IMG/VR virus record: IMGVR_UViG_2721755796_000006
Length of the DNA stretch: 64,000 nucleotides
DNA from: an uncultured virus (IMG/VR IMGVR_UViG_2721755796_000006)
Taxonomy: Duplodnaviria > Heunggongvirae > Uroviricota > Caudoviricetes
Reading direction: 5' to 3' (one strand)
In this document: one piece after another, positions 1 through 10,000 of the stretch
Numbering within the stretch: the stretch's first letter is position 1
Layout: each line of letters begins with the position of its first letter
The notes under the pieces: model-generated
Told to the model about the DNA's origin: nothing
What the model saw: only the letters and a program-made list of their open reading frames with translations
Databases searched by the model: none
Translations under genes and position numbers: made by a program

Positions 1-1620
1 TTATTTCACTTCTTCTTTACCGGGCTTCCAGCAGTTCGCAGGCAAGTTCGGTGACCATGGAAGCAGGTCATCCAGAAAGGCGCGGTTCGTATCATCCAGA
101 TGCTTCGGTATCTCGGTAAGCAGATATTCAAAATAATCATATGGCTTCAGATTGTTTGCTTTTGCCGTCTCTGCAATGCTATAGATGACTGCACTGGACT
201 TGGCACCGGCAACTGTATCGATCATCACCCAGTTCTTCTTACCGATACAGAACCCGCGGATCGACTGCTCGGCGGCATTGTTGTCCATTGGCACTTCACC
301 ATCATCAAGAAACACCTTCAGGTATTTTTCCTGGTTGATGGAATAACTGAAACCTTCCCAAGTCTTGCTTTTCTGTGGTACTTTCGGGATGTTTTCTTTT
401 ACCCACGTGAAATAGGCCTCCACCAGCGGGCGGACGCTTAACTGGCGGCGGGTTTTACGTTCTTCCGACGGAAGATCTTTCAGAAGCTTTTCCTCCCGGT
501 AGATGGCCTGTATCATTGTCAGCGCAAGGTATGCGCGGCTGTCCTTCCGCTTTGCCTTCGGTAGAGCACCCACTGCCTCGTCAAATCTCCGCCTGGCATG
601 GGACCAGCATCCGGCAACCTTTAAATCTTCCCGTTCGGCTTCGATCGTGTGGTAGACCTGATACCCGTCTGTGACGCATACCCCGCTGAAATCCTTCAGG
701 AATTCCCTGGGATGGCTGGCGTTACGTGTCTTCTGATATTCATACAGGACGATCTGTCGCCCTGTGTACATCCGTCCGGTACGGTAAACCCACATATAGC
801 TTTTGCTTCCGGCAGGACGCCCATCTTTATTTACCAGTACAGGCGTTTCATCTGCCTGCAGCACATGATAACCGTACATTTTTTCATGCAGGTAATCGTA
901 GAGAATTGCAAGATAACGGTCTGCACACTGGATTGTCCAGTTTGCCATGCTTTGCCTGGAAATATGCAGACCATAACGCTCAAACTCCTGCTCCTGACGG
1001 TAGAGCGGCACTGCATTGACATATTTGGCATTCATCACGGCTGCTTCCAGTGAAGGGGAAACGAGGCTGCCCCTTAACAGGCTTCCCGGATGAGGTGCCC
1101 TGATGATCTCATCTGTCTCTCTTCCGGCATATACTTTTACATGGTGTTCCTCCACCTCGACTTTTGCCGGGGTAAAACCATACCTGCGGTACACTTCATC
1201 CGGCAGCTGTTTCCATCCTTTCGTCCCGAACAGCGCCGTCAGTTCTTCCTGGGTCATGGAGTGTTCCACTACAACTACCGGTAGCCCTTCCAGATCTTCT
1301 TCCCGTTTTCCCTGCTTCTTCTTCGGTTTCCGGCGGAGGACAGCCTCCGGGGCTTCCTCGGACGCTTCGGCAGCAACGGCCTCTGATTCGTTAAAAAATA
1401 CGATCTTCCCGTCCACTTCCATAAAGGAAATCTGTTCATCTGGTTCATGTGCCTCCGATGATCTTCCGAAACGGTGTCTTTTCAAATCTGCCACCTGTTC
1501 CAAGACCAGCTGGAGCGTATGGTCAATGTTTTCCAGCTGCTCCTGCTGAGACAGAAACAGCTGGATCACTGTTTCTTTGTCAAGGCTGTTCAGTTTTTCC
1601 TCCGTGTATTTTAACGCCAT
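1..1620 (-). CDS. tnpC: IS66 transposase TnpC
   Basis: 539 aa; RHRFGRSSE, LQADETPV, VTDGYQVY, CWSHARRRF, DNNAAEQSIR motifs. Confidence 0.95.
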   Translation of the reverse strand: MALKYTEEKLNSLDKETVIQLFLSQQEQLENIDHTLQLVLEQVADLKRHRFGRSSEAHEPDEQISFMEVDGKIVFFNESEAVAAEASEEAPEAVLRRKPKKKQGKREEDLEGLPVVVVEHSMTQEELTALFGTKGWKQLPDEVYRRYGFTPAKVEVEEHHVKVYAGRETDEIIRAPHPGSLLRGSLVSPSLEAAVMNAKYVNAVPLYRQEQEFERYGLHISRQSMANWTIQCADRYLAILYDYLHEKMYGYHVLQADETPVLVNKDGRPAGSKSYMWVYRTGRMYTGRQIVLYEYQKTRNASHPREFLKDFSGVCVTDGYQVYHTIEAEREDLKVAGCWSHARRRFDEAVGALPKAKRKDSRAYLALTMIQAIYREEKLLKDLPSEERKTRRQLSVRPLVEAYFTWVKENIPKVPQKSKTWEGFSYSINQEKYLKVFLDDGEVPMDNNAAEQSIRGFCIGKKNWVMIDTVAGAKSSAVIYSIAETAKANNLKPYDYFEYLLTEIPKHLDDTNRAFLDDLLPWSPNLPANCWKPGKEEVK

Positions 1621-1896
1621 GCCGCTTTTTCCCTCCTGATATCATATCCTTATTATATCAGAAATCCGCATTTTTGCGAACCGGACTGTTCACGGCATCC
1701 GTCATAATGCCTACGCTTCTGACTGCGGAACAGGCTTTTCGCCAGACCGCTTTTTTACGCTGTTTTAAATGAGGCTGCTCTGTGTACCATACGCCAGAAC
1801 TGGCTTTCCGGCGTATATGGCCGGCTGTATACTGCCAGAATGCAGCAACTCCCGAAGTATCAAAACTGTCTGGAAATTTCTCTGTTTTGCACAAAT

Positions 1897-2259
1897 TCAC
1901 CCCATATATTCCGGCGGCTCCACTGGCCGGACAGATTTCTTCGGGGTTATCGTCAGCCCTTCCATCAGCCAGCGGAATTGCTGCGGCGTTAATGTACGCA
2001 CTTCCTCCGGACTGCGCGGCCATTGGTAACGGCTTTCTGACAGTCTCTTATACAGCAGGAGCCATCCGTCTCCTTCCCATACAAGCCCTTTGATGCGGTC
2101 TGTACGTCTCCCGCAGAAAAGATACAGGGTATCCGGAATATATGGTTTGTTTCCGGTCTGCGCTTCCACCAGTGCAGCCAAACGGTCCATGCCGGATCGT
2201 AGATCCGTGTATCCGCAGACGATATACACGGCCTTAAAGCAGGTGGCGTCATTAAGCAT
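1897..2259 (-). CDS. tnpB: IS66 accessory protein TnpB (Orf2)
   Basis: GYTDLRSGMDRL...LFCGRRTDRIKGLVWEGDGWLLLYKRL. Confidence 0.95.
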   Translation of the reverse strand: MLNDATCFKAVYIVCGYTDLRSGMDRLAALVEAQTGNKPYIPDTLYLFCGRRTDRIKGLVWEGDGWLLLYKRLSESRYQWPRSPEEVRTLTPQQFRWLMEGLTITPKKSVRPVEPPEYMG

Positions 2260-2623
2260 GCTGCGCCACCTTAAGAACCTCTGCCAAAAGGGACATAGAT
2301 GTGGATTCCGTTACATGGATGGAAATACCTTTGATAGACAGATCCAGTCCTGACTGTGGGAAGCTGTCATTTCCTTCCGCCACCTGTAAAAGACCCGGAT
2401 CTACAGGAACAATCTGTCGTGACGGTATTTCTTCGGGAATGTTTTCAAGGCAGGCTTTTCTGACACGGCGGAGCCGGTAATAATAATTTGCTTTTGTGAT
2501 GCCATGACAGGCACACCAGCTGACAACACTCGTGCCGGCCGGGCGACTCTGGCAGTCCCTGATCTGTGCAGCCCATTCCTGGAGACGGCACTGTTTAGCG
2601 ACCATAGTTGTTTCTGAACTCAT
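2252..2623 (-). CDS. tnpA: IS66 accessory protein TnpA
   Basis: WAAQIRDCQS...WCACHGITKANYYYRLRRVR; ATG at 2623 follows GGAGG. Confidence 0.9.
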   Translation of the reverse strand: MSSETTMVAKQCRLQEWAAQIRDCQSRPAGTSVVSWCACHGITKANYYYRLRRVRKACLENIPEEIPSRQIVPVDPGLLQVAEGNDSFPQSGLDLSIKGISIHVTESTSMSLLAEVLKVAQHA

Positions 2624-3186
2624 AGACTTACCTCCGTATGCCGGTATCAAAAGTTGAGACTTAACTTTTGATACTTATAATAGAAATATAGTCTATTGTC
2701 ACATACTTTCCCTCTGTAGTCGAGGTACGCACTATTTACCGTTTACCTTTCATTTGTAAATGATGGGACTTCACTCTACGTTTATCTCTCTGATGCAAAT
2801 ACAACCATTACCTGGGACGTCACATTTTACCCAAAGGGAGTAGCAAATAGTCTCGAGCTCAATAATGGTGTGCAAGTTGACAACACTAAAAATATCATTT
2901 TTGTTTGGTATAGCGTTATGCAAGTCCTTACAGTTTTTGAGCAAGAATAGAACGAATTCAATCCACTTCAAAAATCTGTTTGTGACATATATTGAACGGG
3001 CATTGGTAAACTTTTTTCGAGGAATCAATTTATGGAGCACATTTTAAAAATAAGATGTATGGTGTATATGCTGTAGGAAAAAGCAGTTCGGAGAAAGACA
3101 GAATTGAAGATAATCGAATGAATTACCATCATCAAGAGGTAACACTTAAAAATAAAAGGTTACTACTATGTATATAAAACGGTTAA

Positions 3187-3702
3187 AGTTGTTTTACATT
3201 AGAGCAAATAAATTTACCTGAAAGTGTTACTAAAATAGAACATGATGCATTTCATGGTTGCTCTTTATTACAACAGATAGATTTACCCAATAGCCTTATT
3301 GAAATAGGCAACGGTGCATTTTACTGGTGTTTTAGTTTGACAGAAATAAAAATCCCTCAAAGTTTAGCGAATGATGCAAAGGACACAGCTGAGGATGCTT
3401 TGAAATCACAATATAGTAAATCATTAAAAGATATTGGTATAGATGACATGGAGGATATAGATGAGGCATTAGATGAAGAATTACTTGGAGGTGATGTTCT
3501 GGTAGTTGAGTATACTCCTTTTAATGGAAAGGGTATAAACTATAGGGGCAATGACAGGTATTATTTGAAACCCAACGATGTTAAACTCAGTATTTTGGAA
3601 GAGGGCCATAGCGGATATACAGGACAATACACGGTGGTTTTATCGAAAGATATGCAAGGTGACCCTATGGAGATAAGAGTATTATGGTATTATAAACAAT
3701 AA
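3187..3702 (+). pseudogene. BspA-type leucine-rich-repeat remnant fused in frame to an unrelated acidic ORF
   Basis: After a TAA at 3184 the frame reads LEQINLPESVTKIEHDAFHGCSLLQQIDLPNSLIEIGNGAFYWCFSLTEIKIPQSL and continues into ORF 3337-3702; no proper start. Confidence 0.6.
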
Positions 3703-3717
3703 AGGAGTAGAGACTAT

Positions 3718-4269
3718 ATGGAAAAAGAGTTATGTGGATATTCGGTTCCTGAAATAATAGATTTTGTTGGAAAGGGAAACGAAAAGTATTTAATACGTTT
3801 TAAAAGTCTACAGAACAAGAGAAAATTTAACTTTGCGGCGGCGTTGTTCGGAGGTTTTTGGTTTGGATATAGAAAAATGTGGCTTGAAGGAGTTGCTGTA
3901 ATGGCTTTCTGTACACTCTTATTTTTTCTGAAAAGTGCTGTTTATTATGCTTTATTATATAATCGAATTTTTGATTTAGATAAAACATATGACCTTTTTA
4001 AATGGTTAACCTATATTGTTGAATTTATTATAATTGGTTTTGTGGCAGATAACATATACTGGAAAAATATAAAGAAAAGAATTGATTTTCTGCATTCGCC
4101 AATAGAAGTGCGTGAAAACAAATTGGGAATAGTCACCGTATTTAAGGAATGCAAAGGTGTTTCTATTTGTCTGGGAGCTTTGCCAATGATATTCTGGTAT
4201 CAAGTTTTTAGTATGGTAAAGCTTAGTGGTAATGGTATTGTAATCAAATTTGTTCAGTGGGTATTTTAA
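3718..4269 (+). CDS. DUF2628-like membrane protein
   Basis: FNFAAALFGGFWFGYRKMW motif, hydrophobic segments, AAGGAG RBS. Confidence 0.75.
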   Translation: MEKELCGYSVPEIIDFVGKGNEKYLIRFKSLQNKRKFNFAAALFGGFWFGYRKMWLEGVAVMAFCTLLFFLKSAVYYALLYNRIFDLDKTYDLFKWLTYIVEFIIIGFVADNIYWKNIKKRIDFLHSPIEVRENKLGIVTVFKECKGVSICLGALPMIFWYQVFSMVKLSGNGIVIKFVQWVF

Positions 4270-4548
4270 ATGATAAGGCAGCATTAAATTGTAGGGGTTA
4301 TGATATGCTGCCTTATGTATTGTGTTATAGGAACCTCAAAGAGAAGAAATCAAGGAATATAACTGATTCAGGCCAAACCATACTTTCAAAACAAGAGCTC
4401 TGTACAATAGAGTTAATGCATTTGTTTTTGGAACTTGAAATAGAAACTATTAATGAAAGTATAGACAGAACTTAGTATTCGTTCGAGTATAAGGGCTGTC
4501 ACTCAATTATAATTTACAAGTTGTCAGATAAATGCTATAGAGAAGGTC

Positions 4549-5640
4549 ATGAAATACATTATGAAAAATATTGAATCTTTTCCCCCATTAAAAGCGATTG
4601 AATTGGCAAATAAAAAATTACCTGAGATATGGGCTGCTATTGAAAAAGCCAGAGCAGATATGCTTTCTACAGGTCACAACCCATGGAGAGAAGATATATA
4701 TATACCCGCCTGGCAGATATATGAAAATATTCTATTAAATGGTCCGTACCACGTCCAAATGGAGGCAAGCCCCCGGGAGCTTGCCGTCACCCTGTCAATG
4801 TTGGCATCATGGAGACAGTATAAAGAGGTATATCGCTTTGCACCTGAAATGGAAGACTTATTGTATAAGCAGGCAGATTTGAATCTACCATTGGATGTAT
4901 TGCGAAATTTACCATTTCCCTGCTTTTATATAGAAACACCACAGATATTGGGAGATCGGTATCATGGATTTTTCGTTGCATATGATCAGGTGAAAGATGG
5001 TACTCCTTTACTGAGATGCATGGCAGTCAAAAAGGAAGATACTTTAAATTTTAATTTTTCAGAAATCAGATTGGAGAAGGGGATTAACCTGAGTAATGGG
5101 ATCACCGGGGCTGTCACAAAAGCGGCAACTGAAGCAGGTATAACTTTTCTTAAGGGTGATCCTAACATAGAAATAATCATTTATATAAAATATTGGAGGG
5201 AAATATTATCTAAATTATGTCAGCTGCTGTTGTATATTACCGCTGAAAATGCTGATTTGAAAGAATTGCCAGGGAAAGGTCATGGACGGACTGCCGGGAG
5301 GATAATAAAAGATAAATACCGGGAAATCAGAAATTGGGATGTAGGGTATCGAGTTGTAAATAAACTAAAGAAAGCAAAAATTGTTTCCGAAGATAATTCT
5401 GTTCAATACGATTACAATATGGATAGGAGCACAGCTAGCCAGAGGAGAATGTCACCAAAACCACATTGGCGTGGCGGTCACTGGCATTTATTCTGGACTG
5501 GAAAGCGAAAAAGTGAAAATCGAAAATTTATAATAAAATGGATTCCGCCTACACCTATAAATTGCAGGTCAGCAAAGGATATACCGGTTACTGTTAATCA
5601 AGTTCCTTTAAAAGCTGCTCCGCAAAATCGTGCAGATTAA
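4549..5640 (+). CDS. AcrVA2/FinQ-like protein (candidate anti-CRISPR or fertility inhibitor)
   Basis: Collinear motifs SWRQYKEVYRF, NLPFPCFYI, GFFVAYD, LLLYITAENAD, WDVGYR and C-terminal PHWRGGHWHLFWTG...KWIPP, matching recalled AcrVA2 motifs. Confidence 0.7.
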   Translation: MKYIMKNIESFPPLKAIELANKKLPEIWAAIEKARADMLSTGHNPWREDIYIPAWQIYENILLNGPYHVQMEASPRELAVTLSMLASWRQYKEVYRFAPEMEDLLYKQADLNLPLDVLRNLPFPCFYIETPQILGDRYHGFFVAYDQVKDGTPLLRCMAVKKEDTLNFNFSEIRLEKGINLSNGITGAVTKAATEAGITFLKGDPNIEIIIYIKYWREILSKLCQLLLYITAENADLKELPGKGHGRTAGRIIKDKYREIRNWDVGYRVVNKLKKAKIVSEDNSVQYDYNMDRSTASQRRMSPKPHWRGGHWHLFWTGKRKSENRKFIIKWIPPTPINCRSAKDIPVTVNQVPLKAAPQNRAD

Positions 5641-6290
5641 AGGATATGGAATATGAGAAGTGAATTTATTTATCTGTCCCACCCCCGGCACAGGAGGAGT
5701 ACACAATGCTTTTTATGATAGTGGCAATCCTAATTCTTATGGGGCTGGCGGATGCCTCTGTGCATTTTCCTGACGGTCCTTGCTTTGGTGGGATTGCCGC
5801 AAATCCTGGGATTTCCCGTAGAAGAGCACTACCAGGTGTTTGGGCGGGACTGGGGAAATTTAGGGGATTTTACTCCAACTGAGGAACGCACGGAGGGATG
5901 GAGAAACCGGTATGGTGTACCGGGAAGACTTTGGGAAAATGAACAGCTTTATCCTAGAAATCCTACAAGGGCTTCGTGAGACCATCCAGTATGGTCAGGG
6001 AAAAGAACATCTGGCCTGTATGGAAGAGATGGCCGGGGAGCTGTCTGGGAAAAATCCGCGTCTGAAGGCGATTCTGCGGCCTGTGACCGGAACCTGCATC
6101 TTAATGCTTCTCTTTGCCATGCTGTATTTGAGCATGTGGCCGTATGGAGGGGGCGCCTGAGCACTTTTGAAAACGATGACCATGATGAAATCCTTTGGCC
6201 TGGTGATGACCTAGTCCAGTGTAAGCCTGCAAAGCATGATATTAGTAGTTTTCCTATTAAAATTATTTCTATAAAACGCTAAACATTATA

Positions 6291-6336
6291 AGAGCCTTCA
6301 GACCTAAGAACTCTAAAACTGGTTTGAAGGCTTTTG
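6291..6336. terminator. Hairpin, probable intrinsic terminator
   Basis: AGAGCCTTCAGACC (6291-6304) / GGTTTGAAGGCTTT (6321-6334). Confidence 0.55.
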
Positions 6337-6523
6337 TATTTAGTCAAAACTGGCAGGTTCATTTTGAATATTATAATTGGTTTTTTACAAAAAACTTTGT
6401 TTAAATATGGTAAGCGTCAAATAAGAACGTGTAGTGAAATATTTGGCGTTCTCCTGTAAACTTAGGGTTAGAGTTCTTAGAGTTCACTCTCAAAACTCTA
6501 AATCCAGGTAAAGGAGAATACTC

Positions 6524-6919
6524 ATGGACATTTCCACTTTAACTCCGGATAAGCAGGTAAAACTTCAGTACTGGCTGGACGTGATCCGGCAATGCAGAGC
6601 CTCCGGTCTGACGAACCAGGCATGGTGCGAACAGCATGATATCTCTTTAAAAAGTTATTATTACTGGATTGCAAAGATCCGGAAGCTGGCTCTTGAAGAA
6701 CTGCCCAGAAAGAATCATGGATGCAGGCCGGTAATGGAGCGGACTGTGTTGCTGCCGGATGCGGCTCCGGAATTTACAGAGGTATCCCTTCGCGGCAGAC
6801 AGGATTCCTGTGCCGCCCCCGCAGCAGTACTCCATATTGATTCTGTGACTGTTGACCTCTTTGAAGATACTCCCCGCGAGTTGCTGGAGGCCATCCTGAA
6901 AGCAGTGCGGTCATGTTAG
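6524..6919 (+). CDS. tnpA: IS66 accessory protein TnpA
   Basis: WLDVIRQCRASGLTNQAWCEQHDISLKSYYYW. Confidence 0.92.
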   Translation: MDISTLTPDKQVKLQYWLDVIRQCRASGLTNQAWCEQHDISLKSYYYWIAKIRKLALEELPRKNHGCRPVMERTVLLPDAAPEFTEVSLRGRQDSCAAPAAVLHIDSVTVDLFEDTPRELLEAILKAVRSC

Positions 6920-7287
6920 GCGACCTCTCCCGGGTAGAAAAGATCTATCTGCGCGCCGGGTACACAGATATGAGAAAACAGCTGGACGGCCTGGTGGATA
7001 TCATCCAGTACAGCTTTCAGCTTGACCCTTACAGCAACTCCCTGTTCCTTTTCTGCGGGAAACGTGCGGACCGGATCAAGGCAGTCCATTATGAAGGAGA
7101 CGGCTTCTGCCTTTTCTATAAGCGCTACGAAAACGGCCGTCTCCAGTGGCCGCGCACGGGTGAAGAAGCCAGACAGATCTCCCATCAGCAGCTCCGCTGG
7201 CTGTTGGAAGGCCTGAATCCGGAGCAGCCCAAAGCAGTCCGGAAATGGACTCCCCAAAAGACCGGAAAAGTCGAAAATTCCTTATAA
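6913..7287 (+). CDS. tnpB: IS66 accessory protein TnpB (Orf2)
   Basis: GYTDMRKQLDGL...LFCGKRADRIK...GDGFCLFYKR. Confidence 0.95.
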   Translation: MLGDLSRVEKIYLRAGYTDMRKQLDGLVDIIQYSFQLDPYSNSLFLFCGKRADRIKAVHYEGDGFCLFYKRYENGRLQWPRTGEEARQISHQQLRWLLEGLNPEQPKAVRKWTPQKTGKVENSL

Positions 7288-7318
7288 ATACTGGAATATC
7301 CTGCTGTTTTATGGTACA

Positions 7319-8887
7319 ATGGATTCATCATTACAGGAAGGTTTTCAGCCCATGCCGGACACAGAACAGGAGTACAAAAAGCAGATCAAAGAACTGGAAC
7401 AGCAGGTCCGGCTCCTGAAGGAGCAGGTTGATTTCCTTACCCGTAAACTTTATGGGACAAAATCAGAAAAGACGTCTGCCTTCGAAATAGCGGGGCAGAT
7501 GTCTCTTTTTAATGAAATAGAATCCTGTGCCGCTCCGGATGTACACGAGCCGGACCTGGTCGAAGTCGAAAAACATCTACGTAAAAGGAAGTACGCAGGC
7601 CAGCGGGAAAAACTGATCAAAGACCTTCCCCGCAGCAAAGTGCTCCATACGATCGATGAAAGTGAACAGATCTGTGAAAGGTGCGGGGGTGCCATGGTAA
7701 AAGTCGGTGAGGAGTTTGTCCGTACCGAGGTACAGTTCATTCCTGCACGCCTCAAAGTGATTGACCACTACCGGGAAACCTATGAATGCAGGACATGCCG
7801 CAAAAACAGAACACCTTATATGGAGAAGTCCCCGGTGCCCTGTCCCCCGGTCATGCATTCCCTTGCGTCTGCTTCCACAATCGCATGGCTCATCCATCAG
7901 AAGTTTGAACTGGGCATTCCATTATACCGCCAGGAAAAGGAATGGGAGGCCCTGGGCCTTTCTTTAAGCAGGGCGACGATGTCGAACTGGCTTCTGACAG
8001 TCTACCGGGACTGGCTTTCCCATGTGGTCGGTCATCTCAGAGAGGAACTTCTGAAACAGAAGTATCTGCATATCGATGAGACTCACGTACAGGTGCTGAA
8101 GGAATCAGGGAGGAAGAACACTTCGGATTCTTATATGTGGGTATATTGCAGCATCAGGGACTGTAAACGGCCAGTCAGGTATTTTGAGTACCAGCCGGGG
8201 AGAGGTGGAAAATATCCGGAAGCATTTTTAAAGGGTTATACCGGATATATCCATACGGATGCTTATTCCGGGTACAATGGAGTCAGGGATGTCACAAGAT
8301 GCCTGTGCTACACCCATCTGCGCCGCGCTTTTGTAGACGCGCTGCCAAAAGACATCCATGACCCGAAAGCTTCAAAACCCGCGGAAGCGGTCGTTCGTCT
8401 GAATAAGCTGTTTGAGATAGAAAAGGAACTGGACGGCCTTCCCCCGGAACAGAAGAAAAAAGAACGGATGAACCGCGAGAGACCACTTCTCGAGGCTTTC
8501 TGGTCGTGGGCGGAGATAAACTCTGCCGGAGAACTTCCAAAGTCGAAGCTCCATACAGCTTTCCATTATGCCCTGAACAACCGCCAGGAATTCTTCAATT
8601 ATCTGGAAGACGGGCACTGTTCGATCAGCAACTCACTTGCTGAAAACTGTATCCGTCCATTCGTGATCGGCCGGAAAAACTGGCTGTTTACCGGAAGTCC
8701 GAAGGGTGCTGCCGCAAGTGCAGGGATCTACACTCTGGTCGAGACAGCGAAAGCCAATGGACTGGATGCAATGAAATATATCAAATATATCCTGTCAGAT
8801 ATGCCAGGGAGTACATTTCTTGAAAATCCGGAATATCTGGATGACTATCTGCCATGGGAGCCCATGGTGCAGGAACGTTGCCGATGA
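7319..8887 (+). CDS. tnpC: IS66 transposase TnpC
   Basis: LYGTKSEK, Zn ribbon CERCG..CRTC, HIDETHV, HTDAYSGY, SNSLAENCIRP; true start may be slightly downstream. Confidence 0.95.
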   Translation: MDSSLQEGFQPMPDTEQEYKKQIKELEQQVRLLKEQVDFLTRKLYGTKSEKTSAFEIAGQMSLFNEIESCAAPDVHEPDLVEVEKHLRKRKYAGQREKLIKDLPRSKVLHTIDESEQICERCGGAMVKVGEEFVRTEVQFIPARLKVIDHYRETYECRTCRKNRTPYMEKSPVPCPPVMHSLASASTIAWLIHQKFELGIPLYRQEKEWEALGLSLSRATMSNWLLTVYRDWLSHVVGHLREELLKQKYLHIDETHVQVLKESGRKNTSDSYMWVYCSIRDCKRPVRYFEYQPGRGGKYPEAFLKGYTGYIHTDAYSGYNGVRDVTRCLCYTHLRRAFVDALPKDIHDPKASKPAEAVVRLNKLFEIEKELDGLPPEQKKKERMNRERPLLEAFWSWAEINSAGELPKSKLHTAFHYALNNRQEFFNYLEDGHCSISNSLAENCIRPFVIGRKNWLFTGSPKGAAASAGIYTLVETAKANGLDAMKYIKYILSDMPGSTFLENPEYLDDYLPWEPMVQERCR

Positions 8888-8989
8888 CCACTGCCCTTTT
8901 AGTATAAGAGGCTGGTGGTTATTTTTCTATCCACTATCTTATTTGACGCTTACTAAATATGTATCTCTGCTACCAACATATAATGCTTT

Positions 8990-9028
8990 AAAAGCCATGT
9001 CTGTAAACATACTGATATGGCTTTTTTT
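8990..9028 (+). terminator. Intrinsic terminator-like hairpin
   Basis: AAAAGCCATGTC / GATATGGCTTTTTTT. Confidence 0.55.
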
Positions 9029-9122
9029 GCGCCATTTTTTAATTGAATTAACCGCTTTGTCGCTTTGCCGTGGTCCTCCTCCGAGCTTGAACCATACAAA
9101 TTCAAACTTGGAGGAGAGGATA

Positions 9123-9614
9123 TTGAAAAATTATACAGATAGCGATTATGCCCTAAACAAGTACAGCGAGGGTATTGTATATAAATTTGCCGATGGAATT
9201 GTCGAAGTCACTCTCGCAGACTATCTGCGGGATAATCCGGGAAAAACAGAAGAAGACTTTGCCAGATTAAAGGCTCTGTCCGATGAAATTTATCATCAAC
9301 AGGATAGGCAGGCTCAGAGGACATGCCGTTTGGATGTAAGCATTCATGGATTAGAGGAAACATATTTTATTGCAACCCCTGCCATAGACACGGAATTAAT
9401 ACAAAAGTACGAAGCAGATAGGGCGGCGGAGGCCGCCTACCACCTGCTACATAGCGGTAAACTGACGGAGATTCAGAAACGCAGGTTTATCCAACATTTC
9501 TTTCAAGGGCTGTCTACCCGGCAGATTGCCAACCTTGAGGGAGTCCATCAGCGGGCTGTTTGGGACAGCTTGATGTGGGCAGAGAAAAAATTAAAAAAAT
9601 TTTATAAGGAATGA
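9123..9614 (+). CDS. Sigma70 region-4-like HTH protein of mobile elements
   Basis: TTG start after GGAGGAGAGG; C-terminal LTEIQKRRFIQHFFQGLSTRQIANLEGVHQRAVWDSL. Confidence 0.8.
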   Translation: MKNYTDSDYALNKYSEGIVYKFADGIVEVTLADYLRDNPGKTEEDFARLKALSDEIYHQQDRQAQRTCRLDVSIHGLEETYFIATPAIDTELIQKYEADRAAEAAYHLLHSGKLTEIQKRRFIQHFFQGLSTRQIANLEGVHQRAVWDSLMWAEKKLKKFYKE

Positions 9615-9692
9615 CTCGTCACCCCCCTTGTTTTTTGACGTTAGGTGAAGGCGTTTTTTAGATGTCTTTCCTGCACATTGCCAACTGCATAT

Positions 9693-10000
9693 AGGTGTGG
9701 CAGATACACGTTGACAGGTCGGGAAACCGGAAGCGACACGCTGGGACGCGCCAAGACGATGTGTTTATTAATTTTCGTAACACATTCCGAGCGATACCGT
9801 CTGCGGTAGTTACGCCCTATGGTGGGGTGGATTGCGACAACCCCTGTCACAGATCATGATACTTCTGCTGAGAACCAGCAGCCCTGAGAAACGGGAAAAT
9901 GCATCACCCTCATTTGAGAAAGAATGAGGGGCGGCTTTTATGGTGTCCGTGGGAAATAATATGAATTGCTACCCAAACCAGCGGAACGTTTGCCACACCT
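9693..10000 (+). ncRNA. Candidate large structured RNA (strand inferred)
   Basis: Closing helix AGGTGTGGCA (9693-9702)/TGCCACACCT (9991-10000); inner helix TGACAGG (9712-18)/CCTGTCA (9843-49); at least five local hairpins. Confidence 0.5.

Larger units (their letters stand above)
1..2746 (-). mobile_element. IS66-family insertion sequence, copy 1 (far end lies outside the window)
   Basis: tnpA-tnpB-tnpC triad on the minus strand; terminus reads GTAAACGGTAAATAG on the minus strand from 2746, a GTAA-type IS66 end. Confidence 0.9.
6410..8953 (+). mobile_element. Complete IS66-family element, copy 2
   Basis: 17-bp terminal inverted repeats GTAAGCGTCAAATAAGA / TCTTATTTGACGCTTAC; 8-bp target duplication TAAATATG at 6402-6409 and 8954-8961. 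Confidence 0.97.

Noticed and set aside
5706..6160. Short hydrophobic ORF fragments
   Set aside because: Several broken frames with no recognisable family; probably a decayed membrane-protein gene.
1897..7287. tnpB genes as RNA-guided TnpB nucleases
   Set aside because: These are ~120-aa IS66 Orf2 proteins, unrelated to IS200/IS605 TnpB.
8820..9122. N-terminal 101 aa of ORF 8820-9614
   Set aside because: Runs through the IS66 end and a terminator; the RBS-supported start is TTG 9123.
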